Origin: Acidobacteriota bacterium
GTDB lineage: Bacteria > Acidobacteriota > Thermoanaerobaculia > Multivoradales > Multivoraceae
Reading direction: 5' to 3'
DNA length: 64,000 nucleotides
NCBI GenBank assembly: GCA_028875725.1
Contig: JAPPCR010000006.1
Location: forward strand, 272,134-336,133
Shown here: positions 49,020 to 63,182 of the stretch, piece by piece
Layout of the letters: every line of letters begins with the position of its first letter
Numbering within the stretch: position 1 is the first letter of the stretch
The notes under the pieces: generated by a model
The model's database searches: none
Seen by the model: the letters and a program-made list of their open reading frames with translations, nothing else
Told to the model about the DNA's origin: nothing
Program-made: the position numbers and the translations under genes

Positions 49020-49995
49020 TTCGCTGTGCGTTAGGCCACCAGATCCCGATAGCGCAGCCGCTTCCCCTCCATGCCGCGCCACGTTGCGGCCATGCGGTCG
49101 AGCGCCGGTAGGCGCCGCAGGTTGTGGCGTCCCGCCGCCGCTTCGACGTGGCGCCGCAGGTGCTTGCGGCTCCACCAGTGGTGGACGCCGATGTAGGAGC
49201 GCTTGAGGCCGCTCCAGCTCTCGATGCTCTGAGAATGGGTCTCGGGGTTGTCGCGGTTCACGTACTCGCCGCGGGAGTGCTTGACCGTCCGGTGGCGGTA
49301 GGACTCCATCAGATCCTCGTAGCCCCCGTGGTCATCGGTGTAGACGTTGCTGCCGTGGCGGACGTGGCGCTCGCCGAACCGCGTGAGCGTGTCGGCGTCT
49401 GGCGTGTCGATCACCGCCACCACCACCGGCCCGTCGCGCTGGATCGCGCCCACGACCGGCTTCTTGCCCCAGAAGTTCTCGCCCGAGTGGAGGAGTCGCT
49501 TGGCCCGGTGGCGGTTCCGCTGCTTCCCGCCCACGTAGGTCTCGTCGACCTCTACGGTGCCGCGTGGCTTCGCGGCCCCGACCGGGAACGCCTCGCGGAT
49601 CCGGTGGAGCATGTATCAGGCGGTCGGCTGCGACCCCGATGTACTCCGCGAGCCGACCGCTCGGGATGCCCTTCGGTTCTGAGTTGAAGAGGTAGATCGC
49701 GAGCGCCCACGCGCGGTAGCCGAGCCGACTGGACTGCATGATCGTGCCCTTGCGGACCGAGAAGTGCTTCCGGCAGGCCCGACAGCGGTACGGCATCGTC
49801 GGATGGTTGACGGCGCCGTACTCGCACGACCCGCAGTCTGGACACACGGGTCCGTCGGGCCACCGCTGCTCCTCGAACCAGCGCTCGGCCGCCGCGTCGT
49901 CAGGGAACTGTGCGACCAGTTCAACGACGCTCAGATTCGGCTTGCTGGCCCGTGACTCCGGTTGTTGGTTCATGGGTGTTCGAGTCGATCAGCGC
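49020..49995 (-). mobile_element. IS1595-family insertion sequence remnant (ends not defined)
   Basis: It contains the disrupted transposase gene. Terminal inverted repeats could not be recognised by eye. Confidence 0.55.
49031..49973 (-). pseudogene. IS1595-family (ISXO2-like DDE) transposase split by a frameshift near 49613-49650
   Basis: The N-terminal zinc-ribbon part (CPDCGS...YRCRACRKHFSV) and the C-terminal part (MLHRIREA...VEVDETYVGGK) lie in different frames. A TGA sits immediately before the second-frame ATG. Confidence 0.8.
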
Positions 49996-50364
49996 CCAGC
50001 CGACGCCGGCGTGGTAAAGGATTTCGTCAGACCTCGACATCGCACTCGACACGGTCGTTCGGGTCACCTCGAGGCCGGCCTCCAGGACGGCCCTATGAAC
50101 TGCGCTGACGGGGGCCGGCGCACTGCGAGCCATCAAGAACGGCCTCACGATCTCGAGGACTTGTGCTTCGCGTGAGCCACGCACGCTCCTCTTCTTCGTG
50201 GCTCGCCTCGGTGTACGTCCGACGGGGAGTTCGAGTTGTTCTCCCAGCAGCGACGCGAGGTCGGCGGTACGGAGCCGCTCGAGAGCCGCGATCGCCTCGT
50301 CAATCGCCTGATCCAGAACCTCCTTCTTCATGGTACTCAGAAGGGCAGCAGTCAGCTTGTCCAT
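49921..50364 (-). CDS. hypothetical protein with N-terminal coiled coil and basic linker (possible DNA-binding protein)
   Basis: A GAGGAG RBS lies 6 nt upstream of the ATG. Its 3' end overlaps the transposase start in another frame, so the C-terminus may have been altered by the IS insertion. Confidence 0.4.
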   Translation of the reverse strand: MDKLTAALLSTMKKEVLDQAIDEAIAALERLRTADLASLLGEQLELPVGRTPRRATKKRSVRGSREAQVLEIVRPFLMARSAPAPVSAVHRAVLEAGLEVTRTTVSSAMSRSDEILYHAGVGWALIDSNTHEPTTGVTGQQAESERR

Positions 50365-50577
50365 TTGGCGCTCCTCGGATTCCTGTGCTACAACTGACAA
50401 AGAGAAACGTGTGGGGGGCGGTTTCCCGACCCCCGCCCCATTCCCCGGGGCCCAGTCTTCTGGCCATTGGTTTCTCCCGGTTCGAGCCGGGCGCTGACCT
50501 CATCTCCGAATGACGCGGTAGTGCCCGGCTCGTCCTTCGTTACGACAGTGTATCAGGCGTTCGGCGCAATGCAAGCG

Positions 50578-50613
50578 TGTCACGAAGAAAAATTCGTGAC
50601 ACGATCCGTGACA
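50578..50613. promoter_or_regulatory. operator-like inverted repeat TGTCACGA-N8-TCGTGACA plus a third half-site CGTGACA
   Basis: It is a perfect 8-bp inverted repeat with an extra direct copy 5 bp downstream. It sits in the divergent intergenic region about 40 bp upstream of a small RBS-supported ORF. Confidence 0.4.
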
Positions 50614-50649
50614 TGCGATGCGTGGCGGAACGCCAGCCAAGGAGAGTGC

Positions 50650-50865
50650 ATGTCCGACACTACGACCTACAGCCGAACCACAGAGAACGCTGAGATTGAG
50701 ATTGACCCCACGCCTGACGGCGAAGTCCAGATCGAGTTCCCGTCCGCGGTTCTCCCGCTGGATACGTCCCTCGTCCTGAGACTCACTCCCGAAGGGGCTA
50801 AGCGCTTCGGGGAGGAACTGATTCGCGTCGCCGATATCGCCGCTCAGGGTTCCGGCGGCGGCTGA
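50650..50865 (+). CDS. small hypothetical protein (71 aa)
   Basis: An AAGGAG RBS lies 6 nt upstream of the ATG. Confidence 0.4.
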   Translation: MSDTTTYSRTTENAEIEIDPTPDGEVQIEFPSAVLPLDTSLVLRLTPEGAKRFGEELIRVADIAAQGSGGG

Positions 50866-50975
50866 ACTTCTAGGGCGTTGGCTCACGCTCTAGGCTGCGA
50901 GTCCCTTGCGCCTCGCATTTGGCTACTCTCCCGATAGCCCCCCGTGCGAGCGCGGGACGCTAAGCTGACGCTTCG

Positions 50976-52364
50976 ATGCGTCACTTCGCAGCCTCGTCGT
51001 TCCTGCCGGCCGGTTTGCTGGTTCTTGTCGGTGCGACTGCACCCGGGCTTTCACAACCCAATCCGGATTCGGGCTGGATCGACCTGACCGCGGGTGGCAT
51101 CGAAGACGGGTGGCGGCAGCTAGGCGGCGTGGCCGAGTACGCGCTGGAGGACGGTGTCGTCGTCGGCACCGCGGTCATCGAGACGCCCAACTCCTTTCTC
51201 GCCACGACGGAGGAGTACGGTGACTTCGCGCTGCAACTGGAGTTCAAGATCGACGAGGGACTCAACGCGGGAGTCCAGATCCGCAGTCACAGCGATCCCG
51301 ACTATCGCAACGGCACGGTGCACGGCTACCAGGTCGAGATCGATCCGAGCGAGCGGGCGTGGAGCGCCGGGATTTACGACGAGGCCCGGCGCGGCTGGCT
51401 GTTTCCGCTGTCCGTGAACCCCGCGGCGAGCCGGGCGTTCCGGCAGGGAGACTGGAACCACCTCTACATCGAGGCGATCGGTCCCGAGATCCGGACCTGG
51501 CTGAACAACGTGCCGGCGACGTTCCTGATCGACGAGATGACGCCGCGCGGCTTCATCGCGCTCCAGGTCCACTCGGTCGGACCGGAGCAGGGTGGACTGC
51601 AGGTTCGCTATCGGAACGTCCTGCTGCGAACCGAAGACCTGGCGCCGAGCGGACGATCTTTCCCGTACGTCGTCGACACGCGGCCGAACCGCCTCTCCGA
51701 AGCGGAGGCGGCAATGGGTTGGAAACTGCTCTTCGACGGCGAGAGCACGGAGGCCTGGCGCGGCGCCCACCGCGAGGACTTCCCCGCCACCGGCTGGGAA
51801 GTGCGCGACGGCGAGTTGACGGTGCTCGGCTCGGAAGCAGGCGGGCAACGGGGTGGCGGGATCGTGACGAGGGAGTCCTTCTCGGCGTTCGAGCTCCAGT
51901 TGGAGTTCCGGATGACAGAGGGCGCGAACAGCGGCATCAAATACCTGGTCACCGAGGGCTACGGCTCCGCGCCCGGTACGGCGGTAGCGTTCGAGTACCA
52001 GATCCTCGACGATATGCGTCATGCCGATGCGGAAGCTGGACGCGACGGCAACCGGACGCTCGCCTCGCTCTACGATCTGCTGCCGGCCACCAAGACCGGG
52101 CGCTTCGTCCACGGACCGGGCCGCTACAACCACGCGCGGATCGTCGTTCGCGCCGACGGCGCCGTGGAGCACTGGCTGAACCATCAGCTGGTGCTGGCGT
52201 TCGACCGGAAGTCGGCGGAACTCGACGAGGCGATCGCCCTGAGCAAGTTCGCCGGTCGGGAAGGGTTCGGCAAGTGGCCGGAGGGCCGCATTCTGATCCA
52301 GGACCATGGCGACGAGGTCGCGTTCCGCAGCATCAAGGTGCGCCGCCTCGACGGCACGGAGTAG
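50976..52364 (+). CDS. secreted protein with two tandem DUF1080 (3-keto-disaccharide hydrolase) domains
   Basis: It has a signal peptide. Two repeats of about 200 aa share W...G...W and L/I-Q-x-H blocks typical of DUF1080. Confidence 0.8.
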   Translation: MRHFAASSFLPAGLLVLVGATAPGLSQPNPDSGWIDLTAGGIEDGWRQLGGVAEYALEDGVVVGTAVIETPNSFLATTEEYGDFALQLEFKIDEGLNAGVQIRSHSDPDYRNGTVHGYQVEIDPSERAWSAGIYDEARRGWLFPLSVNPAASRAFRQGDWNHLYIEAIGPEIRTWLNNVPATFLIDEMTPRGFIALQVHSVGPEQGGLQVRYRNVLLRTEDLAPSGRSFPYVVDTRPNRLSEAEAAMGWKLLFDGESTEAWRGAHREDFPATGWEVRDGELTVLGSEAGGQRGGGIVTRESFSAFELQLEFRMTEGANSGIKYLVTEGYGSAPGTAVAFEYQILDDMRHADAEAGRDGNRTLASLYDLLPATKTGRFVHGPGRYNHARIVVRADGAVEHWLNHQLVLAFDRKSAELDEAIALSKFAGREGFGKWPEGRILIQDHGDEVAFRSIKVRRLDGTE

Positions 52365-52393
52365 GCGGTCCGGAGAGACCTGGGATTCCGGAC

Positions 52394-53668
52394 ATGCGCG
52401 TGCGCCTCGCCTACGGCCGCGGAGGCCTCATGATCGACGTCCCGAGTGAGCGGACGACGGTCATCATGCCGGTCCAGGCGCCCGCGCTGGCGGATCCCGA
52501 CGCCGCCCTGACCGCGGCGCTTCGTGCTCCGGTGGCCGGCCCGCCGCTGCGGGAACTGGCAAGCCCCGGTCAGACGGTGGCGATCTCGGTATGCGACATC
52601 ACGCGGGCCCAGCCGCGGCGGGAGATGGTCGCCGCGGTGCTGCGGGAACTCGAAGGCGCCGTCCGCCCGGAGGACGCCACCATCCTGATCGCGACCGGCA
52701 CCCACCGGGCGAACACGCCGGCCGAACTCCAGGCGATGCTCGGCAACGAGATTCTCGGCTCATGCCGCGTGATCAACCACGACGCTCGCGATGACTCTTC
52801 TCTTGTTGACCTGGGGGAGACCGGCAACGGCGTTCCGACGCGGCTCTGCCGGCACTGGCTGGAGGCGGACCTGCGGATCACGACCGGCTTCGTCGAGCCC
52901 CACTTCTTCGCTGGTTTCTCGGGCGGTCCGAAGATGGTCGCCCCGGGGCTCGCCGGGCTCGACACCGTGCTCACCCTGCACGACGCCGTCCGCGTCGGCG
53001 ATCCCCGGTCAACGTGGGGGATCGTGGAAGACAACCCGCTGCACAGCGACATCCGGGCGATCGCGGCGCGGCCGGAGGCGAAGCCCCACTTCAGTGTCGA
53101 CGTGCTGCTCGACCGGCAGCAGAGGATCACGCACGTCTTCGCGGGCGAGCTCTTCGAGATGCACCGCCGTGCCTGCGCGGCCGCGAAGCCGATCGCCATG
53201 CGGGAGACCAATCACCGGTTCGAAGTCGTGGTGACGACGAACTCCGGCTATCCGCTCGACCAGAACCTCTACCAGGCGGTCAAGGGGATGTCGGCGGCGG
53301 CGCAGGTGGTTGCCGACGGTGGAACGATCCTTTGCGCGGCCGAGTGCAGCGATGGCATTCCGGACCACGGCCGCTACGCCGAACTGCTCGGTCGCGGCGG
53401 CTCGCCCGAGGAACTGCTCCGGCAGATCGAGGCTCGGCAGGAAGCCGAGCCGGACCAGTGGCAGGTCCAGGTCCAGGCGTTGATCCAGCGGCGCGCCCGG
53501 GTGCTGGTCAAGGCGGACGGGCTGAGCGGGGACCAGCTTGCCGCCGCTCACTTCGAGCCGGCGCCCAACCTCGATGCCGCGCTCGCCGAGTGCGTGGCGG
53601 CCCGGCCGGACGCGCGTATCTGCGTGCTGCCCGAAGGGCCGCAGACGATTCCCTACGTCGCGGACTGA
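52394..53668 (+). CDS. LarA-like protein (nickel-dependent lactate racemase family, DUF2088)
   Basis: Its length and the conserved blocks (ATGTHR, GGPK, ECSDG) match the LarA family. It is the C-terminal portion of a longer artefactual ORF. Confidence 0.8.
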   Translation: MRVRLAYGRGGLMIDVPSERTTVIMPVQAPALADPDAALTAALRAPVAGPPLRELASPGQTVAISVCDITRAQPRREMVAAVLRELEGAVRPEDATILIATGTHRANTPAELQAMLGNEILGSCRVINHDARDDSSLVDLGETGNGVPTRLCRHWLEADLRITTGFVEPHFFAGFSGGPKMVAPGLAGLDTVLTLHDAVRVGDPRSTWGIVEDNPLHSDIRAIAARPEAKPHFSVDVLLDRQQRITHVFAGELFEMHRRACAAAKPIAMRETNHRFEVVVTTNSGYPLDQNLYQAVKGMSAAAQVVADGGTILCAAECSDGIPDHGRYAELLGRGGSPEELLRQIEARQEAEPDQWQVQVQALIQRRARVLVKADGLSGDQLAAAHFEPAPNLDAALAECVAARPDARICVLPEGPQTIPYVAD

Positions 53669-53737
53669 TCGTCGCCGCTTCGCGGCGCAGTATCTAGGCC
53701 GCCTTCGGCGGCAGCGGGTCAGAGGACCCGCGCACCC

Positions 53738-53769
53738 AGAAAAAGGGCCTCCCCGTCGCCGGGGAGGCC
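53738..53769 (-). terminator. rho-independent terminator for the TonB-dependent receptor gene
   Basis: It has a perfect 11-bp GC-rich stem (GGGCCTCCCCG/CGGGGAGGCCC) with a 4-nt loop. On the minus strand it is followed by TTTTTCT. Confidence 0.6.
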
Positions 53770-53823
53770 CTGAATCTTCGGCCACGGCATCAGGCGCCGT
53801 GGCTTCTTCCGGAAGAGCTCAGC

Positions 53824-56739
53824 CTAGAAGCTGAACCGGCCGCCGATCTGCAACTGGCGCGGCCTCGTGGTCAGGAACGACGGAATCCCGAGAGTGTCGG
53901 GCACGACTTCGTTCCTGATGTTGCGCTGACCGAAGCCGACGCCGAAGCTGTTCTGGTCGAACAGGTTGAACGCCTCGACGAAGACGTCGAGGCGCATGCC
54001 GTCGCCGAAGCGGAAGAACTTGCCGACCCGTAGGTCAATCGTCTGGATCGACTCGTTCCGCTCCGTGTTCCGGCCGACAACGAGGCCGCCCATGACCGCC
54101 CGGTAGTCGGGGCAGTTCCAGCCGACCGAGCTGCAGTAGGCGAAGTCGACGCCGGAGTCGACCAGCGTGTACGGGTAGCCCGACTGGTAGTTCAGGATGC
54201 CCGAGATCTGGAAGTCGAGCGGCAACTGGATCATGCCCGTGACCACCAGGCGATGCTCGATGTCGCGATCCGACAGTCCCCAGTCGTAGTCCAGGTTGCC
54301 GGTGTCGGAGATCGTGACGCCGGTCGCCGAGCGTTCGTTCGAGTCGGTGTCGCGGTCCTTGCCCCAGGTGTAGTGGGCGCCGAACTGGTAGCGGCCGGTG
54401 AAGCGCCTGTTCGCCTTGATCGTGATCGCCTGGTACTCGGACTCGCCGCGGGACTGCCGGACGAGGATCTCGGCTACGTCGTCGCGCACGCGGCCGTCCC
54501 ACATCGGGCGGCCGTACTCGTCGTAACCACCGAACTGGCGGTTCCAGTCCGTGTTCCGCTGCAGGCCGGTCGCCTCGGCGTAGACTGCATCGACGCCCGC
54601 GCTCCAGCCGGAGCCGAGTTCCCGCTCCCAGCCGAGGCTGGCACGAATGGTCTGCGCGTCGTCGAACGCGGGATCGACGTAGGAGATCGCGGGGGTGATC
54701 CCCGGCGGCGGGTTCTCGTTGTCGATCGGCGTTCCGAGAGGCACGTAGCCGTTCTCGCCCGCGCGAACGTTGATGCGGCCGTAGTTCGGCGGTACGCCGT
54801 TGGCCTGCACCTGGTTGGCGAACAATAGGGTCGGCGTGCGACCGAAGAAGAAGCCGACGCCGCCGCGAAGAACGGACCGGCCCTCATCCGACGCCATGGC
54901 GAAGCCGAAGCGAGGCGCCAGGTTCTCCGTATCCGGGATCTGGCGACCGTCCGGCTCGATGTGGTCGAGGCCGTCGGGGTTGTCCGTGGACGTGTAGCGG
55001 AGGCCGTAGCTCAGCGTCAGGTTGTCACGCTTCAGGCTGTCCTGGCCGTAGAACGCGAGCGCGGCCTGCGTCTCGTCGTAGTTCGGATAGGTCGAATCTC
55101 CGAACCAGATCCGGGCGTTGCTCGCGTTGTTGTTCAGGAAGTCCTCCGGCGACTGGAAGTCGTATCGACCGTCCCGGCTGCCGGCGAAGAGTTGCGCGAG
55201 GTCATCCTTCGAGTAGTCGACGCCGAACTTCATGTCGTGGGCGCCGAACAGGTAGGAGAAGTCGTTCTTGATCTGAAGCTGCGACTCCTCGACGAAGATC
55301 GGCAGGAAGTCGAACTTGCCCACGCTGTCGCGGGAGCCGAACCGGAACCGGACCTGCGCCTCGATCGGCGTGCCGACCCGCAGGGACAGACGGTCCAGGT
55401 TGTCGTCGGCCGACTGGATGCGGAACTCGTTCACGCCGCGGCTGCCGATGACGGAGGTCATCGACGCGATGAAGGACAGCGTGTCCTCCGTCTTGAGCGA
55501 CTCCTCATCGAGATAGCTGCTCTCGCGCTCGAAGTCGGTCAAGTTGGCTCGCAGGGTGATCAGGTTCGCGTCGCTGATCTGGTGGTCCAGCTTGCCGAAC
55601 AGGATCTGATTGCTCACCGAGCGCAGGAACAGGCCGGTGGCGGAGCCGTCGGCGTTCCGGTCGAAGCCGTCGACCAGAGCCGCGAAGGCGGGCTCGTTCT
55701 GTGCCCGCTGCATGATCAGGTCGTATGTGCTGAAGTCGCCGGTCGACCGCAGCGAACGCGTGAACGGAATGTCCTGGTCGCGCTGGTCGATGCCGAAGTA
55801 GTAGTGGGTGCGGTCGCGCTTGAACGGACCACCGATCGAGAAGCCGTAGTTCTGGGTGTCGAACTCGTCGACCGGCCGCGAGCCGTCGTTGCCGAAGTGG
55901 TCGTCGAGCGGCGACGAAGGCAGATCCTCGGCCATGCTGTCATCACGGAAGAACGCGAAAGCCGACCCTCTGACCTCGTTCGTGCCGGACTTCGTGACGA
56001 CGTTGACGAAGGCGCCGCCGTGCCGGCCGTACTCGGCTGAGAAGCCGTTGGTGATGACCTGGAACTGGCGGACCGTGTCCTGAGCGACGATCAGGCCGTC
56101 GTTCTCGGTGGCTTCGCCGCCGCGGCCGTAGCCGAAGAAGGTGCTCTTGTTGTCCGCGCCGTCGACCGAGAGTCCGCTGTACATGCCGCGCTGGCCGGCC
56201 ATCGTCAGGAAGCCGCGGGAGCGGTCGCGCTGTACGCCGGGAGTGAGAATCGCGAAGTCCGTGAAATCGCGGCCCACGGTGGGCAGGCTCTCGATTGCCA
56301 CCTCGTCGATGTAGTTGGCCGCGCCGGAGCGGCTGACCTCGATGATCGGCGCCTCGGAGGTGACGGTGATCACTTCGGAGGTCGACTCGATCTCGAGCGT
56401 CAGGTTGACGTCCTTGATTTGACCGACGAGAACGGAGACGTCGGCTTGCTGTGTGGTCTGCATACCGGAGAGCTCGGCGTTCACCGTGTAGGTGCCGACC
56501 TGGAGCGCCTTGGCGCTGTAGAAGCCGTTGGCGTCCGAGATCACGGCACGGGCGATGCCGGTGTCCTGGTTGGTGACGGTCACCGTGGCGCCGGGAATGG
56601 CGCCGCCCTCGACATCCGAGATGTAGCCCTGGACGGTGCCGGTGATGGTCTGGGCGAAGCCGGCACCGCCGATCAGGAGGGCGCAGGCCGTTGCCAGGAG
56701 GATCGCAAGAAGACGTGCCCGGGGGCGGGTCGACTGCAT
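53824..56739 (-). CDS. TonB-dependent receptor with carboxypeptidase-regulatory-like N-terminal domain
   Basis: It has a signal peptide, a CarbopepD_reg segment, a plug, and a barrel ending in RFSF. The start is at the internal ATG, which has a GAGGAG RBS. Confidence 0.9.
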   Translation of the reverse strand: MQSTRPRARLLAILLATACALLIGGAGFAQTITGTVQGYISDVEGGAIPGATVTVTNQDTGIARAVISDANGFYSAKALQVGTYTVNAELSGMQTTQQADVSVLVGQIKDVNLTLEIESTSEVITVTSEAPIIEVSRSGAANYIDEVAIESLPTVGRDFTDFAILTPGVQRDRSRGFLTMAGQRGMYSGLSVDGADNKSTFFGYGRGGEATENDGLIVAQDTVRQFQVITNGFSAEYGRHGGAFVNVVTKSGTNEVRGSAFAFFRDDSMAEDLPSSPLDDHFGNDGSRPVDEFDTQNYGFSIGGPFKRDRTHYYFGIDQRDQDIPFTRSLRSTGDFSTYDLIMQRAQNEPAFAALVDGFDRNADGSATGLFLRSVSNQILFGKLDHQISDANLITLRANLTDFERESSYLDEESLKTEDTLSFIASMTSVIGSRGVNEFRIQSADDNLDRLSLRVGTPIEAQVRFRFGSRDSVGKFDFLPIFVEESQLQIKNDFSYLFGAHDMKFGVDYSKDDLAQLFAGSRDGRYDFQSPEDFLNNNASNARIWFGDSTYPNYDETQAALAFYGQDSLKRDNLTLSYGLRYTSTDNPDGLDHIEPDGRQIPDTENLAPRFGFAMASDEGRSVLRGGVGFFFGRTPTLLFANQVQANGVPPNYGRINVRAGENGYVPLGTPIDNENPPPGITPAISYVDPAFDDAQTIRASLGWERELGSGWSAGVDAVYAEATGLQRNTDWNRQFGGYDEYGRPMWDGRVRDDVAEILVRQSRGESEYQAITIKANRRFTGRYQFGAHYTWGKDRDTDSNERSATGVTISDTGNLDYDWGLSDRDIEHRLVVTGMIQLPLDFQISGILNYQSGYPYTLVDSGVDFAYCSSVGWNCPDYRAVMGGLVVGRNTERNESIQTIDLRVGKFFRFGDGMRLDVFVEAFNLFDQNSFGVGFGQRNIRNEVVPDTLGIPSFLTTRPRQLQIGGRFSF

Positions 56740-57059
56740 GGTTGGGTTTCTCCTCTGTGTCTTAGTAGGCGCCGTCGAACTCAACACGAATTCACCGGCG
56801 TGCTGTTCACGCTTGGGAAGGACTGTCTTGTCTGTGGATGTGGCGGTGGTGGGGCGCTCGCGCGCAAGGCCACGGACCGGACACGACTATAGAGACCGCT
56901 TCGCCCCCCGTCAAAGGAGCGGCTTTCGCTTCAAGATGTTGAATCGGCGGGTCGAGCCAGGGCCTCATGCTGCGAGTCTCGTCCAAGGCGTTGAAGCCAT
57001 CGTGAAGGGAGGGGGATGCGGGCAAGGATGCCCGTGTTGCCAGGGTTGTCCGGAACGCC

Positions 57060-58559
57060 CTAAGTCGTTGAGCAAACTGGCAGTTCGGTGCTGCCGGTCA
57101 GATACTCGTCGATCCGGGCTGCCGCGCCGCGGCCCTCGTTGATCGCCCAGACGATCAGGCTCTGGCCGCGGCGGCAGTCGCCGGCCGCGAACACGCCCTC
57201 GACCGAGGTGGCGTACTGCCCGGGCTCGGCGGCGAAGTTGCTGCGCCGGTCGGTGGCGAGCCCCAGTTGCTCGGCGAGCGTCGCTTCGGGGCCGAGAAAG
57301 CCCATCGCCAGCAGCACGAGTTCGGCCTCGAAGGTCTCCTCGGTACCCGGCACCTCCTCCATCGTGAACCGGCCGGCGCTGTCCCGCCGCCAGACGACAC
57401 GGACCGTCTCGATGCCGGCGACTCCGCCGGCCCCGTCGTCGACGAAGCGCTTCGAGAGGACGGAGAACACCCGCGGGTCGGCGCCGAACCTGGCCGCTGC
57501 TTCGGCGTGCGCGTACTCGACGCGGAAGATGCGCGGCCACTCCGGCCAGGGGTTGTCGAGCGCCCGGCCGTCCGGCGGCCGGTCCAGCAGTTCGAAGTTG
57601 ACAAGCGAAGCGCAGCCGTGCCGGATCGCGGTCGCGATGCAGTCGGCGCCGGTGTCGCCGCCGCCGATCACGATGACGTTCCTGCCTTCGGCGTGAATCG
57701 GTGCTTCGACGGGATGGGCACCATCGCTGGGAAGGTCAGCATCGAGGAGCGCGCGGGTGTGCTCGGTCAGGAAGTCCATCGCGAAGTGGATGCCCGAGAG
57801 CTCGCGGCCCGGGATGGGCAGATCGCGCGGACGCGTCGCGCCGGCGGCGAGCAGGATCGCGTCGTGGTCGCGACGGAGCTCGCCTGCGTCGACGTTCACG
57901 CCGACATGGGCGCCGGTGACGAACCCGATCCCCTCCGCGCGCATCAGGTCGATCCGCCGGTCGACGACCAGGCGCTTGTCGAGCTTCATGTTCGGGATGC
58001 CGTACATCAGCAGGCCGCCGATGCGGTCTTCGCGTTCGAACACGGTGACCGAGTGGCCGGCGCTGTTCAACTGCGCCGCAGCGGCAAGGCCCGCGGGCCC
58101 GGAACCGACGATTGCCACCTTCTTGCCGGTCCGCTTCGCCGGCGGCCGGGGGACGATCCAGCCCTCCTCGAAACCGCGGTCGACGATCGCGTTCTCGATG
58201 TTCTTGATCGTCACGGCCGGATCGGTGATCCCGAGCACGCATGCGCCCTCGCACGGCGCGGGGCAGACGCGACCGGTGAACTCGGGGAAGTTGTTCGTCT
58301 GCTCGAGCCTCCGGAGCGCCTCGCGCCAGCGCCCCTGGTAGACGAGGTCGTTCCATTCCGGGATCAGGTTGTCGATCGGGCAGCCGTCGTTCGACTGGCA
58401 GAAGGGGACGCCGCAGTCCATGCAGCGGGCGCCCTGCGTGGCCAGGTGCTCTTCGGGCACCGGTCGCAGGAACTCGTCGTAGTGACTCAGGCGGATCAGC
58501 GGATCCTGGTACGGAACCGCGGCGCGCGCGTACTCCTTGAAGCCGGTGTCCTTGCCCAT
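57060..58559 (-). CDS. gltD: glutamate synthase (NADPH) small subunit
   Basis: It has an N-terminal Fe-S Cys cluster and GxGxxG FAD/NAD(P) motifs. It lies immediately downstream of gltB. Confidence 0.92.
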   Translation of the reverse strand: MGKDTGFKEYARAAVPYQDPLIRLSHYDEFLRPVPEEHLATQGARCMDCGVPFCQSNDGCPIDNLIPEWNDLVYQGRWREALRRLEQTNNFPEFTGRVCPAPCEGACVLGITDPAVTIKNIENAIVDRGFEEGWIVPRPPAKRTGKKVAIVGSGPAGLAAAAQLNSAGHSVTVFEREDRIGGLLMYGIPNMKLDKRLVVDRRIDLMRAEGIGFVTGAHVGVNVDAGELRRDHDAILLAAGATRPRDLPIPGRELSGIHFAMDFLTEHTRALLDADLPSDGAHPVEAPIHAEGRNVIVIGGGDTGADCIATAIRHGCASLVNFELLDRPPDGRALDNPWPEWPRIFRVEYAHAEAAARFGADPRVFSVLSKRFVDDGAGGVAGIETVRVVWRRDSAGRFTMEEVPGTEETFEAELVLLAMGFLGPEATLAEQLGLATDRRSNFAAEPGQYATSVEGVFAAGDCRRGQSLIVWAINEGRGAAARIDEYLTGSTELPVCSTT

Positions 58560-58589
58560 GCTCCGCCTGTCCGCGTCGGTCCGCCGACC

Positions 58590-63178
<4,589 letters not shown>

Positions 63179-63182
<4 letters not shown>

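Noticed and set aside
49600-49660. Programmed ribosomal frameshift in the IS1595 transposase
   Set aside because: The IS1595 family is not known to use programmed frameshifting, and no slippery heptamer is evident. A TGA directly precedes the second-frame ATG. It is interpreted as a pseudogene or a sequencing indel.
50470-50500. tRNA T-arm-like hairpin CCCGG-TTCGAGC-CGGG considered as a possible tRNA or island attachment site
   Set aside because: No acceptable anticodon arm, D-arm or complementary acceptor 5' strand could be found upstream on either strand. It is probably just a GC hairpin.
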